In this document: positions 27,100-38,360 of the stretch, one piece after another
How positions within the stretch are numbered: position 1 is the first letter of the stretch
Layout of the letters: each line of letters opens with the position of its first letter
Source of the DNA: Candidatus Krumholzibacteriia bacterium
Lineage (GTDB): Bacteria; Krumholzibacteriota; Krumholzibacteriia; LZORAL124-64-63
Assembly: GCA_024763215.1 (NCBI GenBank)
Contig: JANTFX010000005.1
Span: 4,210-68,209, forward strand
DNA: 64,000 bases
Reading direction: 5' to 3'
Program-made: the position numbers and the translations under genes
The notes under the pieces: generated by a model
The model's database searches: none
The model's input: only the letters and a program-made list of their open reading frames with translations
What the model was told of the DNA's origin: nothing

Positions 27100-28473
27100 T
27101 TACTTGGCCATGACGAGCTTCACTGTGCGCCTGCTGCCGGACAGCTCCACCTGCGCCAGGTAGAGGCCGCCCGCGGCGACGGCGCCTTTCCGGTCCCGAC
27201 CGTCCCAGGCCAGCTCCACCGGGCCGGGCTGGAAGATGCCCGTGCGCAGGGTGCGGACCAGCCGGCCCTGCAGGTCATAGACCTTGACGGCTCCGGAAAC
27301 GGGGTCCTGGCCGCCGACGGTGAAACGGATACGCGTGCGCGGGTTGAAGGGGTTGGGGGCGGCCACCGGGTCGGTGATGAACAGGGAGGGCGCGATCTCC
27401 GGCGTGGAGGTGACCGCCGGGGACTGCAGGTAGGCCAGGATATCGCCCATCAACCCCTGGCGGTCGGCGGCGGAGCTGATGTTCTCGAAGCCGAAGGCCA
27501 TGAAGTAGCTGCGGCCCAGGTTCCAGCCGTTGCGCACCGCGGCAACTGCACCTGGTGAATATTGGAAGCTGGGGACCCCGGCCACGACGCCGGTGATGAG
27601 GTCGGGGCTGGTGTTGGCGCCGGCCCCGCTGCCGCCCGCGAGGGTCAGCAAATAGCCGCCGGCCACGGGGTCGCCGGCCACACCCGCGATGGTGTCGTCG
27701 CCGACGTCGTCGGCCAGGAAATCAGCCCCCAGGACATGGTTGAACAGGGTCCTGGCCTCGGGGCTGTACTGGGCGCCGCCGGGGTTGCAGAAGTTCCGGG
27801 CCAGGTCCTGGCCCGACAGGACCGCGACCCCGCCGTCGTGGAGGAAGGACTGCAGCGAAAAGAGGTCGGCGGCGGTCATGGCATCCGGATTGCCACCGGC
27901 CACCCAGATGATGACCTCGAACGAATCCATCTCGGCCTCAGAAAGGGTGCCGATGGCGTCCCGGTTCCAGTAGCCGTAAGCAAGGCCCTGCCCCGTCAGC
28001 GCGTCCTGGTAGTAGGTCTCGAAGTCCTGGCCACCGTCCCCGTCGACCAGCAGGCCGTCCAGGCCGGGGGTCACCACGGAGAAAACGCGGGTTTCGCTCA
28101 GGCCGGGGTTGCCCTGGCTGGTGAGGGTCAGGGTGCTGGTCCCGGTGCCGAGGTCGGTCAGGGGGGTGATGTCCATGAGCAGATCGGTGGTGTCGCCGGC
28201 GGCAAGGGTGAAGTTGATCTCGGTCACGAACGGCGGATAGCACAGGGTGCCTTCGCAGAGCGAACCGACCCAGTCCTGCGGCATGTCCTTGACGATGGTC
28301 ACGGTGTAGGTGTCTTCCACGCTGCCGGTGTTGATGACCTCGTTGTGGAAGGAATGGATCTGCACCAGGTCCGAGACGGCGCCCTGTTCGGGAACCTCGA
28401 AATGGAAGGCGTACTGGGCGGCCACGGGCGTGGCGGCCAGCAGCAGGCAACAGGCGAGCATCAGGTGCTTCAT
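27100..28473 (-). CDS. T9SS-secreted hypothetical protein (signal peptide plus Por C-terminal sorting domain)
   Basis: N-terminus MKHLMLACCLLLAATPVAAQ. C-terminus ...PNPFNPRTRIRF...VKVYDLQGRLV...GGLYLAQVEL. Confidence 0.6.
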   Translation of the reverse strand: MKHLMLACCLLLAATPVAAQYAFHFEVPEQGAVSDLVQIHSFHNEVINTGSVEDTYTVTIVKDMPQDWVGSLCEGTLCYPPFVTEINFTLAAGDTTDLLMDITPLTDLGTGTSTLTLTSQGNPGLSETRVFSVVTPGLDGLLVDGDGGQDFETYYQDALTGQGLAYGYWNRDAIGTLSEAEMDSFEVIIWVAGGNPDAMTAADLFSLQSFLHDGGVAVLSGQDLARNFCNPGGAQYSPEARTLFNHVLGADFLADDVGDDTIAGVAGDPVAGGYLLTLAGGSGAGANTSPDLITGVVAGVPSFQYSPGAVAAVRNGWNLGRSYFMAFGFENISSAADRQGLMGDILAYLQSPAVTSTPEIAPSLFITDPVAAPNPFNPRTRIRFTVGGQDPVSGAVKVYDLQGRLVRTLRTGIFQPGPVELAWDGRDRKGAVAAGGLYLAQVELSGSRRTVKLVMAK

Positions 28474-28474
28474 G

Positions 28475-29770
28475 CTATCGGGTCCCTTCTTGCGGGTTGG
28501 CAGGGGCGAAGGCGGCTACGGGCGTGACCATGGTGGAGCCGGCCTGGAGGATCGCTTGGTCGGCATCGTCCTGGACGTAGGCGATGACCTCGACGGTGGC
28601 CGGATCCCAGTCGTCTCGGGTCAAGGTGGTCTGGAAGTCGACGGGCGTTGCGGGGGCGATGATCCCCAGCCCGGTGATGTCGGGGGCCTGGTCGCGGAAC
28701 ACCCAGTAGAAGGTGGTCTCGCCGAGGTTGGGCTCGACCGGGGGCTCCGGGTAATCGACCTCGCTCTGGACCAGGGAGACGCGCAGGGCCTTGCCCGTCA
28801 AATCCACCGCGCCGTCGAGCGCGGTCAGGGTGACGGTGACCGGCACGGTCAGGCCGCTCACATCGGCGGTGACGTCGATCAGGAAACCGGGCGCCGGGTC
28901 CAGATCGGCGGTCACCGCATCCTTGATGCCCTGCATGTCCGGCGGATTGCCGGCGCTGCCGGCCATGGCCCCGTCCACGTAAAGCGAGGGCAGTGCGCTG
29001 ATGTTGGCGAAGCCGTAGTAGAACAGCCGCGCGTCGTTCTCGGCGGTGTTGTACTGGTAATGGGGGTCGGTCACCAGGGGCCACTGCATGCTGTACTTGA
29101 GGATCACCACGCGCTGGGGCCCGAACTCGGGGTCGGCCTGCATGTCGTGCAGGTCGGCCGAGAGCTGGGGGCAGCCGTTGCAGTAGATGTTGGTGAACCC
29201 CTCGCACAGCACGGTGTGGTCGGCGCGGATCAGGAACGAGGCGGCCGGGATATCCAGAACCTGGCCCTCGGGCACATCCAGTTCCATGGCGGCCGGGAAG
29301 ACGTGGTGGCCGGCCAGCTCCAGGTGCAGGAGGTGGGTGCCGGGGGTGATCCCGGCCAGGCTGGCGGGGGTGACCTGCCCGGTGTCCCGACCATCCAGGA
29401 AGATCGCCGCGCCCGCAGGGTCGGATGCGATCTGGAGGCCGGTGCTGCTCAGGGTGAAGCTCAGTTCGCGCTCGGCCAGGGGGGCCAGCTGCACCAGCTC
29501 GCTGCCGGGAGAACTGACGAATCCGTCCAGCTCGACGGTCACCTCGTAGGAGCCGCTGTCCAGGTCCTCGAAGGTGAACGGGGTGGTCTGCCCGGTATCC
29601 TCGCCGTCCAGGAAGATCGCCGCGCCTGCGGGCACCGAAGTCACCGTCAGGGTGGCCGGTGCGAAGTACGGGGCTTCGCGCCCGCAGCCGACCGCCGCGG
29701 CCATGAGGGCGGCCAGGGTCAGGGAAAAAAATAGCCGGGTGGCGACCCGGAAAGCGGGATTTCCGTTCAA
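28475..29770 (-). CDS. PEGA-domain lipoprotein (two PEGA repeats of the form PAGAAIFLDGxDTGQ.TP)
   Basis: TTG at 29770 is chosen as the start. The ATG at 29833 lies upstream of a near-consensus promoter -10 element, and the lipobox signal peptide (...LAALMAAAVGC) must be preceded by the start. Confidence 0.55.
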   Translation of the reverse strand: MNGNPAFRVATRLFFSLTLAALMAAAVGCGREAPYFAPATLTVTSVPAGAAIFLDGEDTGQTTPFTFEDLDSGSYEVTVELDGFVSSPGSELVQLAPLAERELSFTLSSTGLQIASDPAGAAIFLDGRDTGQVTPASLAGITPGTHLLHLELAGHHVFPAAMELDVPEGQVLDIPAASFLIRADHTVLCEGFTNIYCNGCPQLSADLHDMQADPEFGPQRVVILKYSMQWPLVTDPHYQYNTAENDARLFYYGFANISALPSLYVDGAMAGSAGNPPDMQGIKDAVTADLDPAPGFLIDVTADVSGLTVPVTVTLTALDGAVDLTGKALRVSLVQSEVDYPEPPVEPNLGETTFYWVFRDQAPDITGLGIIAPATPVDFQTTLTRDDWDPATVEVIAYVQDDADQAILQAGSTMVTPVAAFAPANPQEGTR

Positions 29771-29834
29771 GAAGGCACCATTTTCAGAAAGTGTGGCCGG
29801 TGATGATCGGAGCCATGCCCCTCCCTCAGGCACA

Positions 29835-29864
29835 ATTATACGAAAAATCGGGATAAAACGTCAA
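29835..29864 (-). promoter_or_regulatory. sigma70-like promoter on the minus strand: TTGACG, 18 nt, TATAAT
   Basis: The reverse complement of 29831-29864 reads ttgacgttttatcccgatttttcgtataat. Drives the PEGA and downstream exoprotein genes. Confidence 0.4.
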
Positions 29865-29902
29865 CAGGGGCGGCTTTCCCCCCTGGGAGGAAGCCGCCCC
29901 TG
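29865..29902 (-). terminator. rho-independent terminator of the beta-oxidation operon (12-bp perfect stem)
   Basis: caggggcggctt, a 14-nt loop, then aagccgcccctg. On the minus strand the hairpin is followed by a U-rich tract, ttgacgttttatcccgatttttcg. Confidence 0.5.
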
Positions 29903-29928
29903 GACTGGCCGCAAGGTCATCAGCCGGG

Positions 29929-31719
29929 CTATTTCAGGGTGTAGCCTTCGGCCTCGATCACCCGCGCGGCGATGGCGTCGTGCAGCCGGCTGCGGTCGAC
30001 CGGGTCGTGCTTGGCCAGCCGCCGCAGCCCCGCGGCGTAGGTCCGCAGCTCGTCGCCCTCGACGGTGGCCGACAGGACGTTGCGCGCCAGGACGGCGACC
30101 TTGTCCATGGCGTCGTGGGTGAACAGGGTCATCATGTCGGCCATGCCGGCGGCGCTTTCCTCGCCGTCTGCCGCGGCCTTCTTCAGCGTCCGCAGCCAGC
30201 CGCTCTCGCAGGCGTAGGCCTGCATGATGATGTCGGCGCAGTCGGACAGCACCTCCTGCTTGTTCTTCAGGTCCTTGCCGAACTTCTGGGCCGCCAGGCC
30301 GAGCACCGCCAGCACCACTTTCTTCATGTTGGCGATGAGCTTGCCCTCGGTCTCCAGGAACTCGGGTTCGCCCGGTTCCGAGAAGGAGGGCAGGCCGGTC
30401 AGCTCTTCGGCCACCGCCTGGGCCGCCTGCAGGAAGGGCAGTTCGCCCTTGAGGGCCTTCTTCATGATCATGCCGGGGATGATCAGGCGGTTGATCTCGT
30501 TGGTGCCCTCGAAGATGCGGTTGACCCGCTCGTCCCTGTAGACCCGCTCCAGGGGGTATTCCTGGCAGTAGCCGTAGCCGCCGAGCATCTGGACGCCCTC
30601 CTCGGCCGCGTGGGCCAGGGCCTCCGAGGCGAACACCTTGATCATCGAGCACTCGATGGAGAACTCCTCGACCTTCTTGATGCTCTGGTAATCGAAGTCC
30701 TCGGCGTTCTTGTCCAGGGTGCCGATGGCCAGATCGAACAGGCCGGCGGTGCGGTACACCATGGACTCGGCCACGAAGGTGTGGGCGGCCACGTCCGCGA
30801 TCTTGCGGCGGATAAGGCCGAAATTGCACAGGGGCTGGCCGAACTGATGGCGCTGCTTGGTGTAGGGCACGGCGTGCTTCAGGACGTACTTGCAGCCGCC
30901 CACCGTGCTGGCGCCCAGCTTGAACCGTCCCACGTTCAGGATGTTGAAGGCGATGCGGTGGCCCTTGCCGATCTCGCCCAGCAGGTTCTCCACCGGCACC
31001 TTGACGTCCTCCAGGGTGATCGAGCGGGTGGACGAGCCCTTGAAGCCCATCTTCTTCTCCTCGGCGCCGAGGGTGACGCCTTCGCTGGAGAGGTCGACGA
31101 TGAAGCCCGTGAAATGCTCGCCGTCGATCTTGGCGAACAGGATCACGATGTCGGCGTAGCCGGAGTTGGAGATGTACTGCTTGCTGCCGTTGAGGATGTA
31201 GTATTTCCCGTCCTCGGTCAGCTTGGCGGTGGTCGCGGCCGCCAGGGCGTCGCTGCCGCTGCCCGGTTCGGTCAAGGCGTAGCAGGTCAGGATCTCGGCG
31301 GTGGCCAGCTTGGGCAGGAAGCGCTGCTTCTGCTCGGGCGTTCCGAAGTACACGATGGGCAGGGTGCCGATCCCCGAGTGCGCGCCGTGGGTCACGGCGA
31401 AGCTGCCGCTCTCGGACATCTTCTCGCTGATGAGCATGATGGTGGCCTTGTCCGAGCCCATGCCGCCGTAGGCTTCGGGGATGTCCACCATGAGCAAGCC
31501 AGTTTCGGCCGCCTTTTTCAGGAGTCCCGCACCCAGCATGGTGTTGCCCTCGTATTCGAGCTCCTCCTGGACCGGCACGATGTTCCGTTCGATGAAGTCC
31601 TCGCAGGTGGTGGCGAACATGCGCTGGTTCTCGTTGAAATCCTCGGGGGTGAACACGTCCCGGGGATCGGTTTCGCCGAGCAGGAACTCGCCTCCGGTGG
31701 GATATTTTTTCTCTGCCAT
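29929..31719 (-). CDS. acyl-CoA dehydrogenase (long-form, about 596 aa)
   Basis: ACAD N-terminal, middle and C-terminal regions with FAD and substrate motifs, for example [16 protein letters not shown]. Preceded by thiolase and HADH/ECH genes. Confidence 0.85.
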   Translation of the reverse strand: MAEKKYPTGGEFLLGETDPRDVFTPEDFNENQRMFATTCEDFIERNIVPVQEELEYEGNTMLGAGLLKKAAETGLLMVDIPEAYGGMGSDKATIMLISEKMSESGSFAVTHGAHSGIGTLPIVYFGTPEQKQRFLPKLATAEILTCYALTEPGSGSDALAAATTAKLTEDGKYYILNGSKQYISNSGYADIVILFAKIDGEHFTGFIVDLSSEGVTLGAEEKKMGFKGSSTRSITLEDVKVPVENLLGEIGKGHRIAFNILNVGRFKLGASTVGGCKYVLKHAVPYTKQRHQFGQPLCNFGLIRRKIADVAAHTFVAESMVYRTAGLFDLAIGTLDKNAEDFDYQSIKKVEEFSIECSMIKVFASEALAHAAEEGVQMLGGYGYCQEYPLERVYRDERVNRIFEGTNEINRLIIPGMIMKKALKGELPFLQAAQAVAEELTGLPSFSEPGEPEFLETEGKLIANMKKVVLAVLGLAAQKFGKDLKNKQEVLSDCADIIMQAYACESGWLRTLKKAAADGEESAAGMADMMTLFTHDAMDKVAVLARNVLSATVEGDELRTYAAGLRRLAKHDPVDRSRLHDAIAARVIEAEGYTLK

Positions 31720-31761
31720 GGTCTACTCCTTGACTGGGACCGGGCCGCGGCCCGCCCGGGT

Positions 31762-32946
31762 TCAGATCGCCTCGAAAATGCCGGCCGCGCCCATGCCCGT
31801 GCCGATGCACATGGTCACCAGGGCGTACTTGCCGCCGCGTCGTTTGAGTTCGTACAGGGCGCTGGTGGTCAGCTTGGCTCCGGTGCAGCCAAGGGGATGG
31901 CCCAGGGCGATGGCGCCGCCGTTGGGGTTCAGGCGCGGGTCCTGGGGATCCAGGCCCAGGCGCTTGCAGACCGCCAGGCTCTGGGCCGCGAAGGCCTCGT
32001 TGAGCTCGATCACATCCATCTGGTCCAGGCTCAGCCCTGCGGCGGCCATGACCTTGGGCACCGCGGCCACCGGGCCGATGCCCATGACCTCGGGTTCCAC
32101 GCCGGCCACCGCGTAATCCACGAAGCGGGCCAAAGGCTCGGCGCCCAGCTCGGCCGCCAGCTCGGGTGTGGTCAGCAGCACGGCCGCCGCCCCGTCGCTC
32201 ATCTGGCTGCTGTTGCCGGCGGTCACGGTGCCGCCCTGCTTGAAGGCCGGCCGCAGGCGGGCCAGGGCCTCGACGGTGGTGTCGGCGCGGGGGCCCTCGT
32301 CCACCTTGAATTCGACCTCCCTCGTGACGGGGCGGCCCTTCTTGTCGGTGCCTGGCAGCTGAGCCATGACCGGCGTGATCTCGTCGGCGTACCGGCCCTC
32401 GTTGATGGCCGCCGCGGCCTTCATGTTGCTGTGGTAGGCGAACTCGTCCTGGGCCTCGCGGCTGATCCCGTCGCTGGCTGCGACGTTCTCGGCGGTGATG
32501 CCCATGTTGGTCAGGAACTGGGGGTTCTCGGCGGCCAGGGTGGGGTTGGGCAGGTAGCGCAGCCCCCCCATGGGGACCATGGTCATGGTCTCGACCCCGC
32601 CGGCGATGACGAAATCCGACTGCCCGGTCATGATCTGCCGGGCGCCGATGTCGATGGTCTGCAGACCCGAGCTGCAGAACCGGTTGACGGTCATGCCGGG
32701 CACCGAAACGGGCAACCCCGCCAGCAGGGCGATGTTGCGGCCCACGTTCATGCCCTGTTCGCCCTCGGGCATGGCGCAGCCCATGATCACGTCCCCGATG
32801 CGCTCCGGATCCAGGTCGGGGAACCGGGCCAGGATGTCCTTGACCACGGCGGCCCCCAGGTCGTCGGGACGGGTGTAACGAAGGGTCCCCTTGATGGCCT
32901 TGCCCACGGCGGTGCGGCGGGCGGCGATGACAACGACTTCTCTCAT
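31762..32946 (-). CDS. acetyl-CoA C-acyltransferase (thiolase)
   Basis: N-terminus [13 protein letters not shown]..., active-site Cys contexts NRFCSSGLQ and C-terminus [10 protein letters not shown]. Confidence 0.85.
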   Translation of the reverse strand: MREVVVIAARRTAVGKAIKGTLRYTRPDDLGAAVVKDILARFPDLDPERIGDVIMGCAMPEGEQGMNVGRNIALLAGLPVSVPGMTVNRFCSSGLQTIDIGARQIMTGQSDFVIAGGVETMTMVPMGGLRYLPNPTLAAENPQFLTNMGITAENVAASDGISREAQDEFAYHSNMKAAAAINEGRYADEITPVMAQLPGTDKKGRPVTREVEFKVDEGPRADTTVEALARLRPAFKQGGTVTAGNSSQMSDGAAAVLLTTPELAAELGAEPLARFVDYAVAGVEPEVMGIGPVAAVPKVMAAAGLSLDQMDVIELNEAFAAQSLAVCKRLGLDPQDPRLNPNGGAIALGHPLGCTGAKLTTSALYELKRRGGKYALVTMCIGTGMGAAGIFEAI

Positions 32947-32965
32947 CTTGCTCTCCTTCTGCCCG

Positions 32966-35338
<2,373 letters not shown>

Positions 35339-35410
35339 GCAATCCGCCTTTCGTGGGTGGGCCCGCACGGATGCCTGCGGGCCGGACCAGGGTTCCGTCT
35401 GGATGTGTAA

Positions 35411-35457
35411 AATGAATGCCTATTCATTATCCTAAACAGTATCGTCCGGGATGTCAA
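35411..35457 (-). promoter_or_regulatory. beta-oxidation operon promoter with an overlapping FadR(TetR)-type operator
   Basis: On the minus strand: TTGACA, 17 nt, TAGGAT, then immediately the palindrome AATGAATAGGCATTCATT at 35411-35428. The palindrome resembles Bacillus-type TetR-family FadR (YsiA) operator boxes of the TGAATGA...TCATTCA form. Confidence 0.45.
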
Positions 35458-35587
35458 CCCATTTAGATTTATCCGAAAATTTCATTGTTTTGCTCAATAA
35501 ATGGCAATATTATCCGATAAGAAGGTTCCGTGCCGCCGCCGCAGCTTTGCGGGCGAGCGATGATCGGTAGTGAATGGGTGTTCATAT

Positions 35588-36181
35588 ATGGCGCGAAAAG
35601 ACGAGCATGACAAGAAGGAACGCATCCTGGACGCGGCGACCATGGAGATCGCCCGCCGCGGTTACCACCAGACCACCGTGGCGGTCATCGCCCGCCGCGC
35701 CGGGGTGGCCGACGGCACCATCTACCTGTACTTCAAGAACAAGGAAGAGATCCTGGCCTCGCTGTTCGGGCGCGCCCTGGACCGGTTCATCGCCGAGGGC
35801 CGGCGGAAGCTGGAGGGGCTGTCCGGGGCCGAGGCCAAGCTGCGGGCCATCGTCGAGCTGCACCTGACCCTGGTTGGCCAGGACCGGGACCTGGCCATCA
35901 TCACCCAGGTCGAGCTGCGCCACAGCCTGCATTTTCTGGAGGAGCTGTCCCGCGCCAAGGTGGGCCGCTACCTGGGCATCATCGCCGAGGTCATAGCCGA
36001 GGGGGTCGCCGGGGGGGAGTTCCGTACGGACCTGGATCCGGTGCTGGCGGCCAAGGCGGTGTTCGGAGTGCTGGACGAGATGGCCACCGACTGGGTCCTC
36101 TCGCGCCGCAACATCCGCCTGGAGGCCAAGGCGCCCGAGGTGACCGCGCTGGTGATGGCGATGGTCAGGCCCGTTTCCTGA
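35588..36181 (+). CDS. TetR/AcrR-family transcriptional regulator (FadR-like), divergent from the beta-oxidation operon
   Basis: N-terminal HTH RILDAATMEIARRGYHQTTVAVIARRAGVADGTIYLYFKNKEEIL. ATG at 35588. Confidence 0.8.
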   Translation: MARKDEHDKKERILDAATMEIARRGYHQTTVAVIARRAGVADGTIYLYFKNKEEILASLFGRALDRFIAEGRRKLEGLSGAEAKLRAIVELHLTLVGQDRDLAIITQVELRHSLHFLEELSRAKVGRYLGIIAEVIAEGVAGGEFRTDLDPVLAAKAVFGVLDEMATDWVLSRRNIRLEAKAPEVTALVMAMVRPVS

Positions 36182-36190
36182 GCGGGGCCC

Positions 36191-36529
36191 CTACATCTTT
36201 TCCAGCTTGCCGTCCTTGTACGCCGCGTACGCCTCCTTGGCGGTCATGTTGCCCGCGCCCACGTAGATGGCGATCTCGGCGGTGGCGACCACCGCGGCCG
36301 CGTTGCCGCCGGGGCCGTTGCCGGTGATCAGGACCTGCGGGGCGGCATCGAGCAGCTTGCGCGCGGTCAGCGGCCCGGCGCCGTGGGCCTCGTTGTCCAC
36401 CGCGCGGTTGTCGATGGCCGTCAGCTCGTCGGTGTCCTCGTCGTAGATCAGGATGTAGGGGGTGCGCCCGAAGCGGGGGTCCATGGCCGAGTCCCAGTGG
36501 GGACCCTGGGCGGTCAGTGCGATCTTCAT
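36191..36529 (-). CDS. NifX/NifB-C-terminal-like (dinitrogenase FeMo-cofactor-binding fold) small protein
   Basis: MKIALTAQG...VLITGNGPGGNAA...IAIYVG is the typical DUF/NifX-NifB-family signature. Start at 36529. Confidence 0.6.
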   Translation of the reverse strand: MKIALTAQGPHWDSAMDPRFGRTPYILIYDEDTDELTAIDNRAVDNEAHGAGPLTARKLLDAAPQVLITGNGPGGNAAAVVATAEIAIYVGAGNMTAKEAYAAYKDGKLEKM

Positions 36530-36546
36530 ACCTTGTTCTCCTTTGT

Positions 36547-37419
36547 TCATGCGGTTTGCTTGATCTTTTCCCAGCAGTCTTTCAGTTGCAGGGCCAGGGG
36601 GCCGTCGTTTTCCTCGACGATGGTGCGCCCTGCGACCATGGCCCTGGTGAAGGCCTCGTCGTAGGGGAGCTCGGTCAGGGCCACGATGTTGTTTGCGGTG
36701 AGGAACTCGCCGATGGCGGCGGTCACCTCGAGATTCAGGTCGGCCTTGTTGATGATGCAGCCGCAGCGGATGCGGAACCTGGCGACCAGTTCATGGACCC
36801 GCTGCAGATCGTGCAGGCCCGAGACGGTGGGCTCGGTGACCAGAACCACGAAGTCCGCTCCCGAGAGTGACGAGACCACGGGGCAGCCCACCCCCGGCGA
36901 GCCGTCCACCAGGATGAACTCCTTGCCCTGTTCGGCGGCGATGCGCTTGGCCTCGTTCTTGACCTTGGCCACCAGCTTGCCGGAATTCTCCGCGCCGATG
37001 CCCAGGCGGGCGTGGACCATGGTCGCCCCGGTCCGGATCCTGGATACGAACCACTGGCCGGAAAGCCGGTCCTCCATGACGATGGCCTCGGTCGGGCAGA
37101 CCCGGGGGCAGTAGCCGCAGCCCTCGCAGGAGATGGGGTCAACCGCGTAGAAGTCGTTACCCGGAGTGATGGCGTCGAAGCGGCATACCTCGGCGCAGGC
37201 TCCGCAGGCGGTGCAGACATCCTGGTCGATGAGGGCGACCTGGCCGCCGTGGAAATCCTCGGCGCGGGCGAAATCCGGCTGCAGCAAGAGGTGCATGTCC
37301 GCGGCGTCCACGTCGCAGTCGGCGACCACGATGTCCGCGCCGGCCAGCCAGGACAAGGCCGCCGTGAGGGAGGTCTTGCCCGTGCCGCCCTTGCCGGAGA
37401 TGACCACGATTTCCTTCAT
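36547..37419 (-). CDS. MinD/Mrp-superfamily P-loop ATPase with an inserted 2x[4Fe-4S] ferredoxin domain
   Basis: Walker A SGKGGTGKTS, and CTACGACAEVCRF...CEGCGYCPRVCP. Start at 37419 (MKEIVVISGKGG). Overlaps the upstream gene by 4 nt. Confidence 0.75.
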   Translation of the reverse strand: MKEIVVISGKGGTGKTSLTAALSWLAGADIVVADCDVDAADMHLLLQPDFARAEDFHGGQVALIDQDVCTACGACAEVCRFDAITPGNDFYAVDPISCEGCGYCPRVCPTEAIVMEDRLSGQWFVSRIRTGATMVHARLGIGAENSGKLVAKVKNEAKRIAAEQGKEFILVDGSPGVGCPVVSSLSGADFVVLVTEPTVSGLHDLQRVHELVARFRIRCGCIINKADLNLEVTAAIGEFLTANNIVALTELPYDEAFTRAMVAGRTIVEENDGPLALQLKDCWEKIKQTA

Positions 37420-38270
37420 GAGGCGGCCTCCTTGATGGCATCCATGATCGCGGCCAGCTGCCGGCGGACCACCGGGAAGTGCTCGTAGATCCGCTGCCCG
37501 CGGGCGTAGCTCTCTGCGATGCGCCGGTCGTTGGGGATGCGGGCCAGCAGGGGGATGCCTTCGGCGGCGCAGTAGGCCTCGACCCTGTCGTCGCCCAGGC
37601 CTTGGCGGTTGACGACCACGCCGAACTTCTTGTCCAGATGTCGCATGGTCTCGACCGCCAGCTTCAGGTCGTTCAGACCGAAAGGCGTGGGCTCGGTGAC
37701 CAGCACCACGAAGTCGGCCTCCCTGGTCGCCTCGATCACCGGACACGAGGTGCCGGGCGGGCAGTCGTAGATGCGGATCGGGACCGCGGCGTGGCGCTCG
37801 TCCACGAAGGCCAGGGTCTGCTTGATCAGCGGCACGGCCTGTTCCTGGCCGATGTCCAGCCGGCTCTCGACGAAAGAGAGGTTGCCCGCGCTCAGCCACG
37901 ACATCCTGCCCATCTTCACCGGCTGCATGGGCAGCGACGAGGTGGGGCACAGTTCGCTGCAGGCGTAGCAGCTATGGCAAAGTTCAGGGAAGATCATCAC
38001 CTGGTCGGGCAGCGCGATGATCGCGTGGAAGTTGCACACTTCCTGGCACTGGCCGCAATGGCTGCAGGTCGTGCTTTCCCAGGCGGGGATCATCTTGAAG
38101 GTGTCCCGGCCGTCCGTGGCCTCGGCCCCCAGGAACAGGCCGGAGTTGGGCTCCTCGACATCCAGGTCCACCAGCACGACCGGACGGGTCTCGGCCAGGT
38201 ACGAGGCGAGGTTCACCGCGACGGTGGTCTTGCCCGTGCCTCCCTTGCCGCTGGCGATGGCAATCTTCAT
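37416..38270 (-). CDS. MinD/Mrp-superfamily P-loop ATPase with an inserted 2x[4Fe-4S] ferredoxin domain (paralog)
   Basis: Walker A SGKGGTGKTT, and CSHCGQCQEVCNF...CHSCYACSELCP. Start at 38270 (MKIAIASGKGG). Confidence 0.75.
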   Translation of the reverse strand: MKIAIASGKGGTGKTTVAVNLASYLAETRPVVLVDLDVEEPNSGLFLGAEATDGRDTFKMIPAWESTTCSHCGQCQEVCNFHAIIALPDQVMIFPELCHSCYACSELCPTSSLPMQPVKMGRMSWLSAGNLSFVESRLDIGQEQAVPLIKQTLAFVDERHAAVPIRIYDCPPGTSCPVIEATREADFVVLVTEPTPFGLNDLKLAVETMRHLDKKFGVVVNRQGLGDDRVEAYCAAEGIPLLARIPNDRRIAESYARGQRIYEHFPVVRRQLAAIMDAIKEAAS

Positions 38271-38360
38271 GGCGCCTCCGCGGGGCTGAAGTCTACGCAG
38301 TGATACCATGAATTATGCACATATGCCCAAAATAGCAAGGTCCGAAACGCCTGCGCGACG

